A stretch of DNA of 49,134 bases, from positions 1-49,134 of the forward strand of contig JAZNDA010000053.1 of the NCBI GenBank assembly GCA_045587785.1, read 5' to 3'. Below are positions 1 to 8,658 of this stretch, piece after piece. Under the pieces are notes generated by a model, which made no database searches, was not told the origin of the DNA, and saw nothing but the letters and a program-made list of their open reading frames with translations. The stretch comes from Eubacteriales bacterium. Lineage in GTDB: Bacteria; Bacillota; Clostridia; Oscillospirales; CAG-272. The position numbers and the translations under genes are program-made. The first letter of the stretch is position 1. Each line of letters begins with the position of its first letter.

Positions 1-365
<365 letters not shown>

Positions 366-460
366 CCGAAGGGAAGTTCAAAGCGAAAAAGTTTGAGTTT
401 CATTTCGACTCCTACCATATACTTTATTCGGTTTTCAATGCGCATAGAAGCTAACAAAAA

Positions 461-488
461 GCATACCCAATCAAGGGTATGCTTTTTT
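461..488 (+). terminator. Rho-independent terminator closing the rRNA operon
   Basis: Stem GCATACCC / GGGTATGC with a 6-nt loop, followed by TTTTTT. Confidence 0.8.
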
Positions 489-608
489 CTCTCATACTAT
501 TTAACTATGTGCCAAAATTGATAATGGATGCCCGATACATCTTCGCACAGAATATCGGGATTTTAAAACGCTTTCTGATAAAATATAGGTAGACAGGAGG
601 GATGAAAA

Positions 609-1517
609 ATGGATTGGATCACGGGAATGCAAAAAGCAATTGATTATATCGAGGCAAATTTGACCGAGGAAATCAATTACGAAAAGGTGGCAGCTGAGAG
701 TTTTTCTTCAAGCTATCATTTTCAAAGAGTGTTCAGTATTCTTTGCGGATACACGCTGGGAGAATATATTCGTTTGCGCCGCTTGTCCTTAGCAGGTGCA
801 GAGCTTGTAAGCGGCAAAGAAAAAGTCATTGATATTGCCCTGAAATACGGTTACGATAGCCCCGACAGCTTTGCGAAAGCATTTCAAAAATTCCATGGCA
901 TTACGCCGTCGCAGGCACGCGCAGACGGTAGTATGCTCAAATCCTTCTCTCGCTTGTCAATCAAAATTTCATTGGAAGGCGGTAACACGATGAGTTACAG
1001 AATTGAAGAAAAAGAGCCTATGATCCTGACGGGCTTCAAAGCTCACTTTATGGGTGCTCCATACGGGAAAGAACGCGAAAAGCAAGAGGAAGAACTGTTC
1101 CTTTCCACCAGAGGCAAGCAATGGTTTTTGAAAGGTGCTTCGGGTGACAGTGATGCCCATTGTGTCATTACCAACATAGATGATAGGGGATATGACTTTT
1201 ATTACTGTCATCGGCTGGATGATTACGAACGTCAAAATCTTTTTAACCACGCGGTAACGGGCGTTGATTTTGTGGAATCCATGCAGCTTGAAAATATTGA
1301 AATCCCCAAGACCACGTACGTCATTTTTGAAACGAGTGACACAAGAAGTCCTATTTGTGACTATTTTGATCTTCTTGGCTTGAGAATAAAGATTTTGACC
1401 GAATGGATGCCCGAAATGGGATTCCAATTGGCAAGGGGGCCCGAATTAGCTGTATACCATTGGAGGCCGAAAAGCGAACGAAACGTTGGGATATGGCTTC
1501 CTATCGAAAAGAAATAA
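609..1517 (+). CDS. AraC/XylS-family transcriptional regulator with a GyrI-like effector-binding C-terminal domain
   Basis: The N-terminal AraC HTH pattern is present (SSSYHFQRVFS..., GYDSPDSFAKAFQKFHGITPSQ). About 180 aa follow, as in GyrI/SOUL-like ligand domains. RBS AGGAGGG lies 7 nt upstream. Confidence 0.85.
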   Translation: MDWITGMQKAIDYIEANLTEEINYEKVAAESFSSSYHFQRVFSILCGYTLGEYIRLRRLSLAGAELVSGKEKVIDIALKYGYDSPDSFAKAFQKFHGITPSQARADGSMLKSFSRLSIKISLEGGNTMSYRIEEKEPMILTGFKAHFMGAPYGKEREKQEEELFLSTRGKQWFLKGASGDSDAHCVITNIDDRGYDFYYCHRLDDYERQNLFNHAVTGVDFVESMQLENIEIPKTTYVIFETSDTRSPICDYFDLLGLRIKILTEWMPEMGFQLARGPELAVYHWRPKSERNVGIWLPIEKK

Positions 1518-1522
1518 TTTTT

Positions 1523-1546
1523 GCCCCGCCCACGGCGGGGCTTTTA
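1523..1546 (+). terminator. Rho-independent terminator
   Basis: GCCCCGCC / GGCGGGGC stem followed by TTTT, directly after the AraC stop codon. Confidence 0.8.
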
Positions 1547-1653
1547 TATTGCAAAATATTTATGTCATCGATTTTTTATATTGTATTGAAATAATTATAA
1601 TTTTCTGATATAATCATATGTAGAAACCGGAAGTTTGCAAGGAGCGATATAAA

Positions 1654-1890
1654 ATGAAAAAGAAGTATGGCTTGGTGACCTTACTTTGGATAGGTATTGT
1701 CTTGCTTTGGTTATCTGTCATCCTTGCGGTGATCGCGACCGCCAACAAGGATGTGATCGGCGGGGCAGATCTATCAACCTTTTTGTTTGTTTTCTCTTGT
1801 GAAAATCGAGGGGTGTATTCCATACTTGCATTTTTTGGTTTGTTTATTATGATCGCATCTGCTATTCTGCTGAAAATAAAACGCAAATGA
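1654..1890 (+). CDS. Small integral membrane protein (78 aa, 2-3 predicted TM helices), function unknown
   Basis: Hydrophobic composition and an AAGGAG-like RBS. I recognise no family. Confidence 0.55.
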   Translation: MKKKYGLVTLLWIGIVLLWLSVILAVIATANKDVIGGADLSTFLFVFSCENRGVYSILAFFGLFIMIASAILLKIKRK

Positions 1891-1905
1891 TTACGGAGGT
1901 TTGCC

Positions 1906-2511
1906 ATGAAAAAGCTTTTTATTGTTTTGGGCGCGCTTTTGCTTGTATTCCTTGTCACATGGGGCATATGCGAGACTGTGGGAAGTGATTACTATAATTA
2001 TGCAGGCTACATAACCGATATTAAGGAAAACCAAAGCGGCGAGACGGTACTTGTGACCTTGTCGGGTAACGTAGAGTCGGAATTTACGGTCAAATGGCAC
2101 ACCAGAAAATCCGCACCGCGCAAGCAGCCGTTTATGGTTGGGGACCGCATTTTGCTTTCCACCACTCATTTCAGTGATAAAAATATCAAAAAACTTAAGA
2201 TAGAGGTTGGCTATTCCTCCACAGGTAAGCTGTTTTACGCCGAGGGACTTGACACACCGTTTATTTTGACGGCGGGAGAGGACACGGGCGAGAGGAGATA
2301 TATGATCAGCTTCATTACGCATGACGACAGTATTCTTGCCGATGCCAAAATGGGCGATAAAGTGAGGGTTTATCATGCTTTTCCTATGACGATAGCCGCA
2401 CCGACCGTGATTGCGGAAGCAGGGACGGTGCTTGAAAAAGGGACAGAACAGCCGTTTGATGCAGAGGAGATCGCTTTTATTGAATCCAAAGGCTATAGCG
2501 TGGAGAAATAA
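1906..2511 (+). CDS. Hypothetical signal-anchored/secreted protein (201 aa)
   Basis: N-terminal hydrophobic signal (MKKLFIVLGALLLVFLV) and RBS GGAGG. The gene abuts the next gene. No family recognised. Confidence 0.55.
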   Translation: MKKLFIVLGALLLVFLVTWGICETVGSDYYNYAGYITDIKENQSGETVLVTLSGNVESEFTVKWHTRKSAPRKQPFMVGDRILLSTTHFSDKNIKKLKIEVGYSSTGKLFYAEGLDTPFILTAGEDTGERRYMISFITHDDSILADAKMGDKVRVYHAFPMTIAAPTVIAEAGTVLEKGTEQPFDAEEIAFIESKGYSVEK

Positions 2512-3339
2512 ATGATCAAAACATTATATATTTCCGACCTTGACGGCACGTTGCTTGATCGGCAGGCGGAGCTGTCTCGGGAGACCGTGGCGGAGCTAAA
2601 CCGTTTTATACAAAACGGCATACATTTTTCGGTCGCAACCGCGCGGACAGCGGCGACCTGCGAGCGCATTTTGTCGGGTGTAAATTTTCAAATTCCCGTG
2701 GTTTTGATGAACGGGGTGTTGATCTACAATATGTCATCGAAAATCTATGTCAAAAAGCATGTTTTGCCTACGGAGACCGTAACTAAAATATGTGACATCA
2801 TGCATCGGACAGACGTGAGCGGTCTGATGTACACGCTTGAGGGCGAGCGCCTTGCCACCTATTATGAGAAGATCTCGGGAGAAGCCATGCGCGCTTTTAT
2901 CGACGAGCGTGTGAAAAAGTACAACAAGCCGTTTTACCCTGTGTCTGACTTCATGGAAATCGGGCAGGACGTGATATATTTTGCTTTTATGGATAGTCAT
3001 GCGCGCATACATAAGCTTTTTGATCAAATTCGGGATATGGACGGAGTGCGCGTGGAAAAATACAGTGACGTCTACGAAAAGGATCTATGGTATATGGAAG
3101 TGTTTGCCGCGGCGGCGTCCAAATATCATGCGGTGCAGTATCTACGAGAAAAGTATGGCTTTGATAAGGTTGTTGCTTTTGGCGACAATCTGAATGATAT
3201 CCCTTTGTTTGAAGCAAGTGACGTCCGATATGCCGTAGGAAATGCCAAGGAAGAACTGAAGGCCATGGCGGATGCCGTAATAGAATCCAACACGGAGAAC
3301 GGCGTCGTGCGGCAAATACAAAGGATAGAGGAACTTTGA
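2512..3339 (+). CDS. Cof-type HAD-IIB family hydrolase (sugar-phosphate phosphatase-like)
   Basis: HAD motif I is DLDGTLL. The C-terminal GDNLNDIPLF motif and a ~275-aa length are typical of Cof/YidA proteins. Confidence 0.85.
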   Translation: MIKTLYISDLDGTLLDRQAELSRETVAELNRFIQNGIHFSVATARTAATCERILSGVNFQIPVVLMNGVLIYNMSSKIYVKKHVLPTETVTKICDIMHRTDVSGLMYTLEGERLATYYEKISGEAMRAFIDERVKKYNKPFYPVSDFMEIGQDVIYFAFMDSHARIHKLFDQIRDMDGVRVEKYSDVYEKDLWYMEVFAAAASKYHAVQYLREKYGFDKVVAFGDNLNDIPLFEASDVRYAVGNAKEELKAMADAVIESNTENGVVRQIQRIEEL

Positions 3340-4658
3340 TGGAAAGAAATCTGACGCTTGGCAGCGTGAAAAAGCATTATTTTAAATATCTCGGTGCGGC
3401 GTTCGGAAGTGCCATGATATCATGTGTATACGGGCTTGTGGATGCCGCGGTGGTTGGGCAGTATGAAGGCCCATCGGGGACGGCGGCGCTTTCTGTGGTG
3501 ATGCCCATCTGGACCATCATTTTCAGCCTTGGCTTGCTTGTCGGCATTGGCGGTTCTGTTCAGTATTCATATAACAAGTCGCAAGGCAAGCAGGACAAGG
3601 CGAACGCCTATTTTACCTTGTCGCTGATCATGACAGCGCTGATATCCCTCATATGCTGGCTTGGTATTGTTTTATTTGAGGAGCCGCTCCTTCGCTTGTT
3701 TGGCGCGGACGATGTTCTTTTGCCGCTCTGCAAGCGGTATTTGACCGCTGTGAAGTTTGTTATTCCGATTTACCCGTTCAGCCAGTTTTTGACAGCGTTT
3801 TTGCGTAATGACGATGCACCTGCGCTTGCCACTTTTTCTGTTCTGTTTGGCGGCGTATTTAACATTTTCGGGGACATTTTCTTTGTGTTTGATTTTGGCT
3901 TGGGGCTTGGCATGTTTGGTGCGGGACTTGCCACTGCCATGGGCGGCAGTGCCAGTGTTTTGCTGATGCTGACACACTTTTTCTCCCGTAAAAATACACT
4001 GAGGCTCACGAGTGTCTTTGGCGGTATTCGCAAGACGAAGCGTATTTTTGTGGGTGGCTTTTCTTCATTTATATCCGACATTGCTATGGGTGTGATCGCC
4101 ATGCTGTTCAACCGTCAGATCATGCACTATTTCGGCGCGGACGCGCTGGCGGTGTTTGGTGTGATCGTGCAGGTCAGCTGCATTGTGCAGTGCGCCACCT
4201 ATGGTATCGGACAGGCGGCACAGCCCTTGCTATCTCAAAACTATGGTGCGAATAAGTGGGACAGAGTGAAAGAAACCCAAAAGTACTCGCTTTATGTGGT
4301 TGCGTTTTTCAGTGTGCTGTGTACGGCGGCGGTTTTGCTGTATCCGACGTTTTTTGTCAGGGTCTTTATGTCGCCCACCGATGCGGTGCTTGCACTTGCG
4401 CCAAGCATTATGTGCGTGTACGCCCTCAGCTATCTTGCTCTGCCGCTCAATATTTATGCTACCTACTATTTTCAGTCGGTGATGCGAAATGGGACGGCAC
4501 TTGCGGTGTCTCTCATGCGCGGACTTGTGCTTTGCGGAATTTTTGTGTTTTTGTTTCCAATATGCTTTGGAGCAAGTACCTTGTGGTGGGTGATGCCGAT
4601 CACAGAGTTTTTTACGGCAGCATTTGTGTTGATCTCCTTTTCTAAAAAAAAGATATAA
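3336..4658 (+). CDS. MATE-family efflux transporter
   Basis: A 440-aa polytopic protein with about 12 hydrophobic segments. The N-terminal pattern is typical of MATE (KHYFKYLGAAFGSAMISCVYGLVDAAVVGQ). Its start overlaps the upstream stop by 4 nt. Confidence 0.8.
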   Translation: MMERNLTLGSVKKHYFKYLGAAFGSAMISCVYGLVDAAVVGQYEGPSGTAALSVVMPIWTIIFSLGLLVGIGGSVQYSYNKSQGKQDKANAYFTLSLIMTALISLICWLGIVLFEEPLLRLFGADDVLLPLCKRYLTAVKFVIPIYPFSQFLTAFLRNDDAPALATFSVLFGGVFNIFGDIFFVFDFGLGLGMFGAGLATAMGGSASVLLMLTHFFSRKNTLRLTSVFGGIRKTKRIFVGGFSSFISDIAMGVIAMLFNRQIMHYFGADALAVFGVIVQVSCIVQCATYGIGQAAQPLLSQNYGANKWDRVKETQKYSLYVVAFFSVLCTAAVLLYPTFFVRVFMSPTDAVLALAPSIMCVYALSYLALPLNIYATYYFQSVMRNGTALAVSLMRGLVLCGIFVFLFPICFGASTLWWVMPITEFFTAAFVLISFSKKKI

Positions 4659-4663
4659 AAATA

Positions 4664-4690
4664 GGCGTTGCCGATAGGCAACGCCGTTTT
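4664..4690. terminator. Bidirectional rho-independent terminator
   Basis: GGCGTTGCC-GATA-GGCAACGCC stem with an A-run on the left and GTTTT on the right. It serves the MATE gene on the + strand and whatever reads in from the right on the - strand. Confidence 0.85.
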
Positions 4691-4696
4691 CATTCT

Positions 4697-4740
4697 TCAA
4701 AAAGTGTTGTGGAAAGGTATCTGTCGCCCGTGTCGGGGAG
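4697..4740. repeat. Direct repeat, left copy (44 bp): a detached duplicate of the cysK 3' end
   Basis: TCAAAAAGTGTTGTGGAAAGGTATCTGTCGCCCGTGTCGGGGAG is identical to 7700..7743, 3003 bp away. The shared peptide [13 protein letters not shown] in ORFs 4668..4889 and 7707..7889 of the track confirms this. Read on the - strand it encodes [14 protein letters not shown], then E and a stop. Confidence 0.9.
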
Positions 4741-7699
4741 GTGGAGGCTCGCTGGCAGCATTGACAATGGCATCCACCTTCATTTTTGTTATATCGTTTC
4801 TTACTATTTCAAGCGCCATATATTATCTCCATATTTATTTCTTTTTTAGCAAAGTATATGATATGTTTGCTGATAGTTCATTTAATTGAACTCCTCAAAA
4901 AGCAATTAATTATTACTTAGATTTTGATACATCTTCATAAGCTCTGCTACGCAAGCAGATTCGGTGTTAAGTTTACCCCAAAAGCCGTAGGCCTGCATAA
5001 CCGCTTTATCATTTGCTTGATGAGCTTTGCGAAGTTCGGGCGGCATAACCACTTCATCGTAAAGGTCAGCCAAAGAACAATCGGGATAGAGCGCGCGAGC
5101 ATCAAGAATAGCTTGCGCGGTTTCCTCAATCTTCTTTTTCTGCTCAGTGGTAGGGTTACACCACGGGAAATTGTTATAAACAATATCCTTTGCATAGCGG
5201 TAATCACTCTTTAATCTTCCACACACTGTACGCATCCAAGCCATATGAACATTGGATGTTAATATTCCAAAGTGAAATAATGTAGCATCAGGTATTAAGA
5301 ATACAAGATTGCTTGCAATGACCTCATTTGATACAAAGCCTATCGGAATATATCTTCTTTTTTCAGAAGATGCACTTGGAACAATAATATAATCAGTGTC
5401 GGGTTGGGCTATCTGACAAAACAGCGTTGGGCTATCTGCAAATTTTCTTGTTCCTGCCGCGATGCTATTAGCTCGAAAATCGCGGACACTTTCAACACGG
5501 CGCATAACTGTTGGACATTGTTTTAATTCGTGAGGATTTGCACCTACCATCCAAAGACACCAACGAGATTTGTTGTTGATAAATTCATACGCGCCAACAT
5601 ACGGACGAATCCATTTTGCAGCCAAAGGCTCTTTCTTTAATAATTCATCTTTTTCTTCATCGGAAAGAATAAACCCACCTCCGTCACGAGGCATACTACC
5701 AAATCTAATTTTAGGTATGTCACAGAGAGGATTCGTTCTGTTTTCAACGAAAATATTGGGAGCTTCGGCAAGATACGAATTTATATTTTCAACGTATCTA
5801 ACTAAATCGTTGTCATACAATGCTTTTTTTGCTCTATTCCAAAGAGAGAACCCAACTATGACACAATGAACGTGCGCCTTTACTTTTGCCTCACTATCCC
5901 AAATAAATGTACGATGCGCAAACTGAATACGAACACCCTTTTCAAAAAGCGGTTTCCATATAGTAACTGCTTGTTGTCCTTGACAAATAGAGTTTGTCGA
6001 TACGAACGCAACTGCGACCCTTGTTCCTCGAATATATTCTGCCGCCTTGTAGTACCAAGCAGCTACATAGTCCAATTCGCCAAGACCTTTCACATCACCA
6101 ATTGCAGACAGCATATCCGCTTTCTGTTCCTTTGTTGCCATCATTCCACCAATAAACGGCGGATTGCCCATAATATAATCAAGCTTGTCCTTCGGTACGA
6201 CGGTTTCCCAATCGGTGCGCAGCGCGTTGCCCTCTACAATATTGGCGTAGGATTTCAAAGGCAGGAAATCGAGATTGGTGTTCATAATCTCCTCGGTTTC
6301 CTTCATCATCTGCGATTCTGCAATCCAAAGTGCCGTCTTAGCAACGGTTACAGCGAAGTCATTGATCTCAATTCCGTAGAACTGACCGATGGATACTTTG
6401 ATAACGTCACCGAAGTCAAGAAGCATCTGTCCGCCGGTTACAAGCTCAAGGGCATCATTCTCCAAGCGGCGCAAAGATATATAGGTTTCGGTTAAGAAGT
6501 TACCCGAGCCACAAGCGGGATCGAAGAAAGTCAGCTTCGACAGCTTTTCGCGGAAGGCTTCTGCCTTATCGTTGCGGATCTTCGGCACCTTTAGCGCCTT
6601 GATCTCATCAAATTCCTCACGAAGTTCGTCAAGGAACAGCGGATCAATCACCTTATGAATGTTCTCGATAGATGTATAGTGCATACCACCACTGCGACGT
6701 GTTTCGGGGTTCAATGTGGACTCAAATACCGCACCGAAAATCGTGGGGCTGATCTGCGACCAATCGAAATCCTCACTTGCTTTGTGCAAGAGCAGGTCAA
6801 CAATTTCTTGTGTAAAATTTGGGATTTCAATATTCTCATCGGCAAACAAGCCGCCGTTTACATACGGGAAGGATGCCAAAACCTCATCCATATAGGGATC
6901 GCGCTCCTCGGTCTTGGTGTCGAGAACACGGAACAACTCTATGAGTGCACGGCGCACGTCCTTGGGCGCAAAGCTCTTGATATAATTATGGAATTTGAGG
7001 TGTTCACCAAAGATACCTGAATCCTCTGCATAGAGGCAGAAAACAAGGCGCACGCAAAGAATGTTAAGGCTGTGAAGCGAAGCTTTATCGTCGGGGTGTA
7101 TGTACTGCCTCAGAATAGCGTCGTAGAGCTTTCCAACGAGTTCACCCGCTTGAATGGAAATCTGTTCTTCGCGGTGCAAAAGCTCGCTCTTTTCCTCAAC
7201 GAGAAACTGCAAGCGGTAGTATTCCTTTGAAAGATCCTTCAGCAAAATGCTTTCCGGCTCGCCCGTAGGCTTTTCCATATCGTAGATAAGGAATTCTTCA
7301 AAGTTGCAAGTGATGATCCAACGAGGGCGTTGCGAATACGGCAACGCAGCGGAGTATCTCTGCGCCTGCTGAAAAGGGTTGAGCAAGGTTCCGTCCGATT
7401 GACGAATGGGGCTGCGAAGGTTCAAGCCCTTCTTTTTCTGCTCGATGAGCACATGTGTTGAGGGGATATGTCCGTCAATAAAGCTTGTATGGTCGAGTTT
7501 CACGCGCTCCTCAAACAATATAAACTTTTCGGGTTCTGCAACGCCGAGAACGTCACGAACAAGGGCGAGCCAAAAGGATTGGCTGTCGCTCTTTTCGTCA
7601 CCACGGTCTTTCCAATATTCCGCAAAGTCTTTCGCCGCTTTCTTTCTATCTGCTTCTGTCATATCTTTTCCTCTTACTTTATTTTGTTAATCTCAGCCC
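4741..7699 (-). mobile_element. ~3-kb inserted island carrying only a Type IIL R-M gene, bounded by the 44-bp direct repeats
   Basis: The island sits between two identical 44-mers, inside what would otherwise be a cysK / terminator / MATE junction. It looks lower in GC than cysK and glnN: sampled lines are 35-50% versus about 55%. It holds a single ORF plus a 165-bp AT-rich tail, with no integrase or transposase. Confidence 0.6.
4906..7662 (-). CDS. MmeI-family Type IIL restriction-modification enzyme (fused endonuclease, N6-adenine methyltransferase and target-recognition domain)
   Basis: At 918 aa it is close to MmeI (919 aa), and it aligns by eye along its whole length with the MmeI sequence as I remember it. 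The N-terminal D-x10-E-x-K motif is FIDGHIPSTHVLIEQKKKG. The SAM motif is FFDPACGSGNFL and the catalytic motif is GNPPF. The C-terminal block ...SDYRYAKDIVYNNFPW... and YDEVVMPPELRKAHQANDKAV are also present. Confidence 0.85.
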   Translation of the reverse strand: MTEADRKKAAKDFAEYWKDRGDEKSDSQSFWLALVRDVLGVAEPEKFILFEERVKLDHTSFIDGHIPSTHVLIEQKKKGLNLRSPIRQSDGTLLNPFQQAQRYSAALPYSQRPRWIITCNFEEFLIYDMEKPTGEPESILLKDLSKEYYRLQFLVEEKSELLHREEQISIQAGELVGKLYDAILRQYIHPDDKASLHSLNILCVRLVFCLYAEDSGIFGEHLKFHNYIKSFAPKDVRRALIELFRVLDTKTEERDPYMDEVLASFPYVNGGLFADENIEIPNFTQEIVDLLLHKASEDFDWSQISPTIFGAVFESTLNPETRRSGGMHYTSIENIHKVIDPLFLDELREEFDEIKALKVPKIRNDKAEAFREKLSKLTFFDPACGSGNFLTETYISLRRLENDALELVTGGQMLLDFGDVIKVSIGQFYGIEINDFAVTVAKTALWIAESQMMKETEEIMNTNLDFLPLKSYANIVEGNALRTDWETVVPKDKLDYIMGNPPFIGGMMATKEQKADMLSAIGDVKGLGELDYVAAWYYKAAEYIRGTRVAVAFVSTNSICQGQQAVTIWKPLFEKGVRIQFAHRTFIWDSEAKVKAHVHCVIVGFSLWNRAKKALYDNDLVRYVENINSYLAEAPNIFVENRTNPLCDIPKIRFGSMPRDGGGFILSDEEKDELLKKEPLAAKWIRPYVGAYEFINNKSRWCLWMVGANPHELKQCPTVMRRVESVRDFRANSIAAGTRKFADSPTLFCQIAQPDTDYIIVPSASSEKRRYIPIGFVSNEVIASNLVFLIPDATLFHFGILTSNVHMAWMRTVCGRLKSDYRYAKDIVYNNFPWCNPTTEQKKKIEETAQAILDARALYPDCSLADLYDEVVMPPELRKAHQANDKAVMQAYGFWGKLNTESACVAELMKMYQNLSNN

Positions 7700-8628
7700 T
7701 CAAAAAGTGTTGTGGAAAGGTATCTGTCGCCCGTGTCGGGGAGCAGGACAACAATGTTTTTGCCCTTGTTCTCGGGGCGCATGGCAAGCAAAAGTGCCGC
7801 GTGCGCTGCCGCACCAGAGGAAATGCCCACCAAAAAGCCCTCGCTTTTTCCGATCCTGCGGCTCATGGCGTAGGCATCTGCGTCTGTGACGGGGATGATC
7901 TCGTCATAGATTTCGGTGTTCAGAATATCGGGGACAAAGCCCGCGCCGATGCCTTGCAGACCGTGCGCGCCCGCCTTGTTTCCCGACAGCACAGCCGAGG
8001 TCTCGGGCTCGACTGCCACGATTTTGATACTCGGATTTTTGGATTTCAGATATTCGCCCACGCCCGTGATAGTACCGCCCGTGCCGACGCCTGCCACAAA
8101 AACGTCAACCTCACCGTCTGTGTCCGCCCAGATCTCGGGCCCCGTTGTTGCTCGGTGCGCCTCGGGATTGGAGGGGTTTACAAACTGTCCCGCCACAAAG
8201 CTATGGGGAATTTCCTTTGACAGCTCTTCCGCCTTTTCGATAGCTCCGCTCATGCCCCTCTTGCCGTCGGTCAAGACAAGCTCCGCGCCATATGCCTTCA
8301 TGATCTGGCGGCGCTCCTTGGACATGGTCTCGGGCATGACGATAATGAGGCGATAGCCGCGTGCGGCGGCAACCGATGCCAGACCAATGCCCGTATTTCC
8401 GCTGGTCGGCTCAATGATCACCGAATCCTCTTTGAGGATCCCTTTTTTTTCGGCATCGTCAAGCATGGCTTTTGCCACTCTGTCCTTGACCGAACCTGCG
8501 GGATTGAAATACTCAAGCTTAGCAAAAATCTTAGCTTGCAGGTTCTCCTGCGCTTCTATGTGTGTCAGCTCCAAAAGGGGCGTTCTGCCGATTATTTGAT
8601 CGATCGATGTATAAATGTTTTTTGACAT
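7693..8628 (-). CDS. cysK: Cysteine synthase A (O-acetylserine sulfhydrylase)
   Basis: 311 aa. PLP-lysine motif [20 protein letters not shown], and the glycine loop [10 protein letters not shown]. Confidence 0.95.
   Translation of the reverse strand: MSKNIYTSIDQIIGRTPLLELTHIEAQENLQAKIFAKLEYFNPAGSVKDRVAKAMLDDAEKKGILKEDSVIIEPTSGNTGIGLASVAAARGYRLIIVMPETMSKERRQIMKAYGAELVLTDGKRGMSGAIEKAEELSKEIPHSFVAGQFVNPSNPEAHRATTGPEIWADTDGEVDVFVAGVGTGGTITGVGEYLKSKNPSIKIVAVEPETSAVLSGNKAGAHGLQGIGAGFVPDILNTEIYDEIIPVTDADAYAMSRRIGKSEGFLVGISSGAAAHAALLLAMRPENKGKNIVVLLPDTGDRYLSTTLFEG
7700..7743. repeat. Direct repeat, right copy (44 bp): part of the intact cysK 3' end
   Basis: Identical to 4697..4740. It encodes residues ...[14 protein letters not shown] of CysK. 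Confidence 0.9.
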
Positions 8629-8658
8629 AATATATTATTCCCTCTTGCCTATGTATGC

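Noticed and set aside
4893-4902. The 10-mer CCTCAAAAAG next to the R-M stop codon also occurs at the edge of the right 44-bp repeat (7698..7707).
   Set aside because: It is too short to separate from chance. It might reflect microhomology used during insertion, but I cannot support that from one window.
4906-7662. The 918-aa methyltransferase could be a BREX PglX or a Type I/IIG component of a larger defence system.
   Set aside because: Its length and end-to-end similarity match MmeI, including an N-terminal PD-(D/E)XK-like motif that PglX lacks. No brx, pglZ, hsdS or hsdR genes lie nearby, and the island holds one ORF only.
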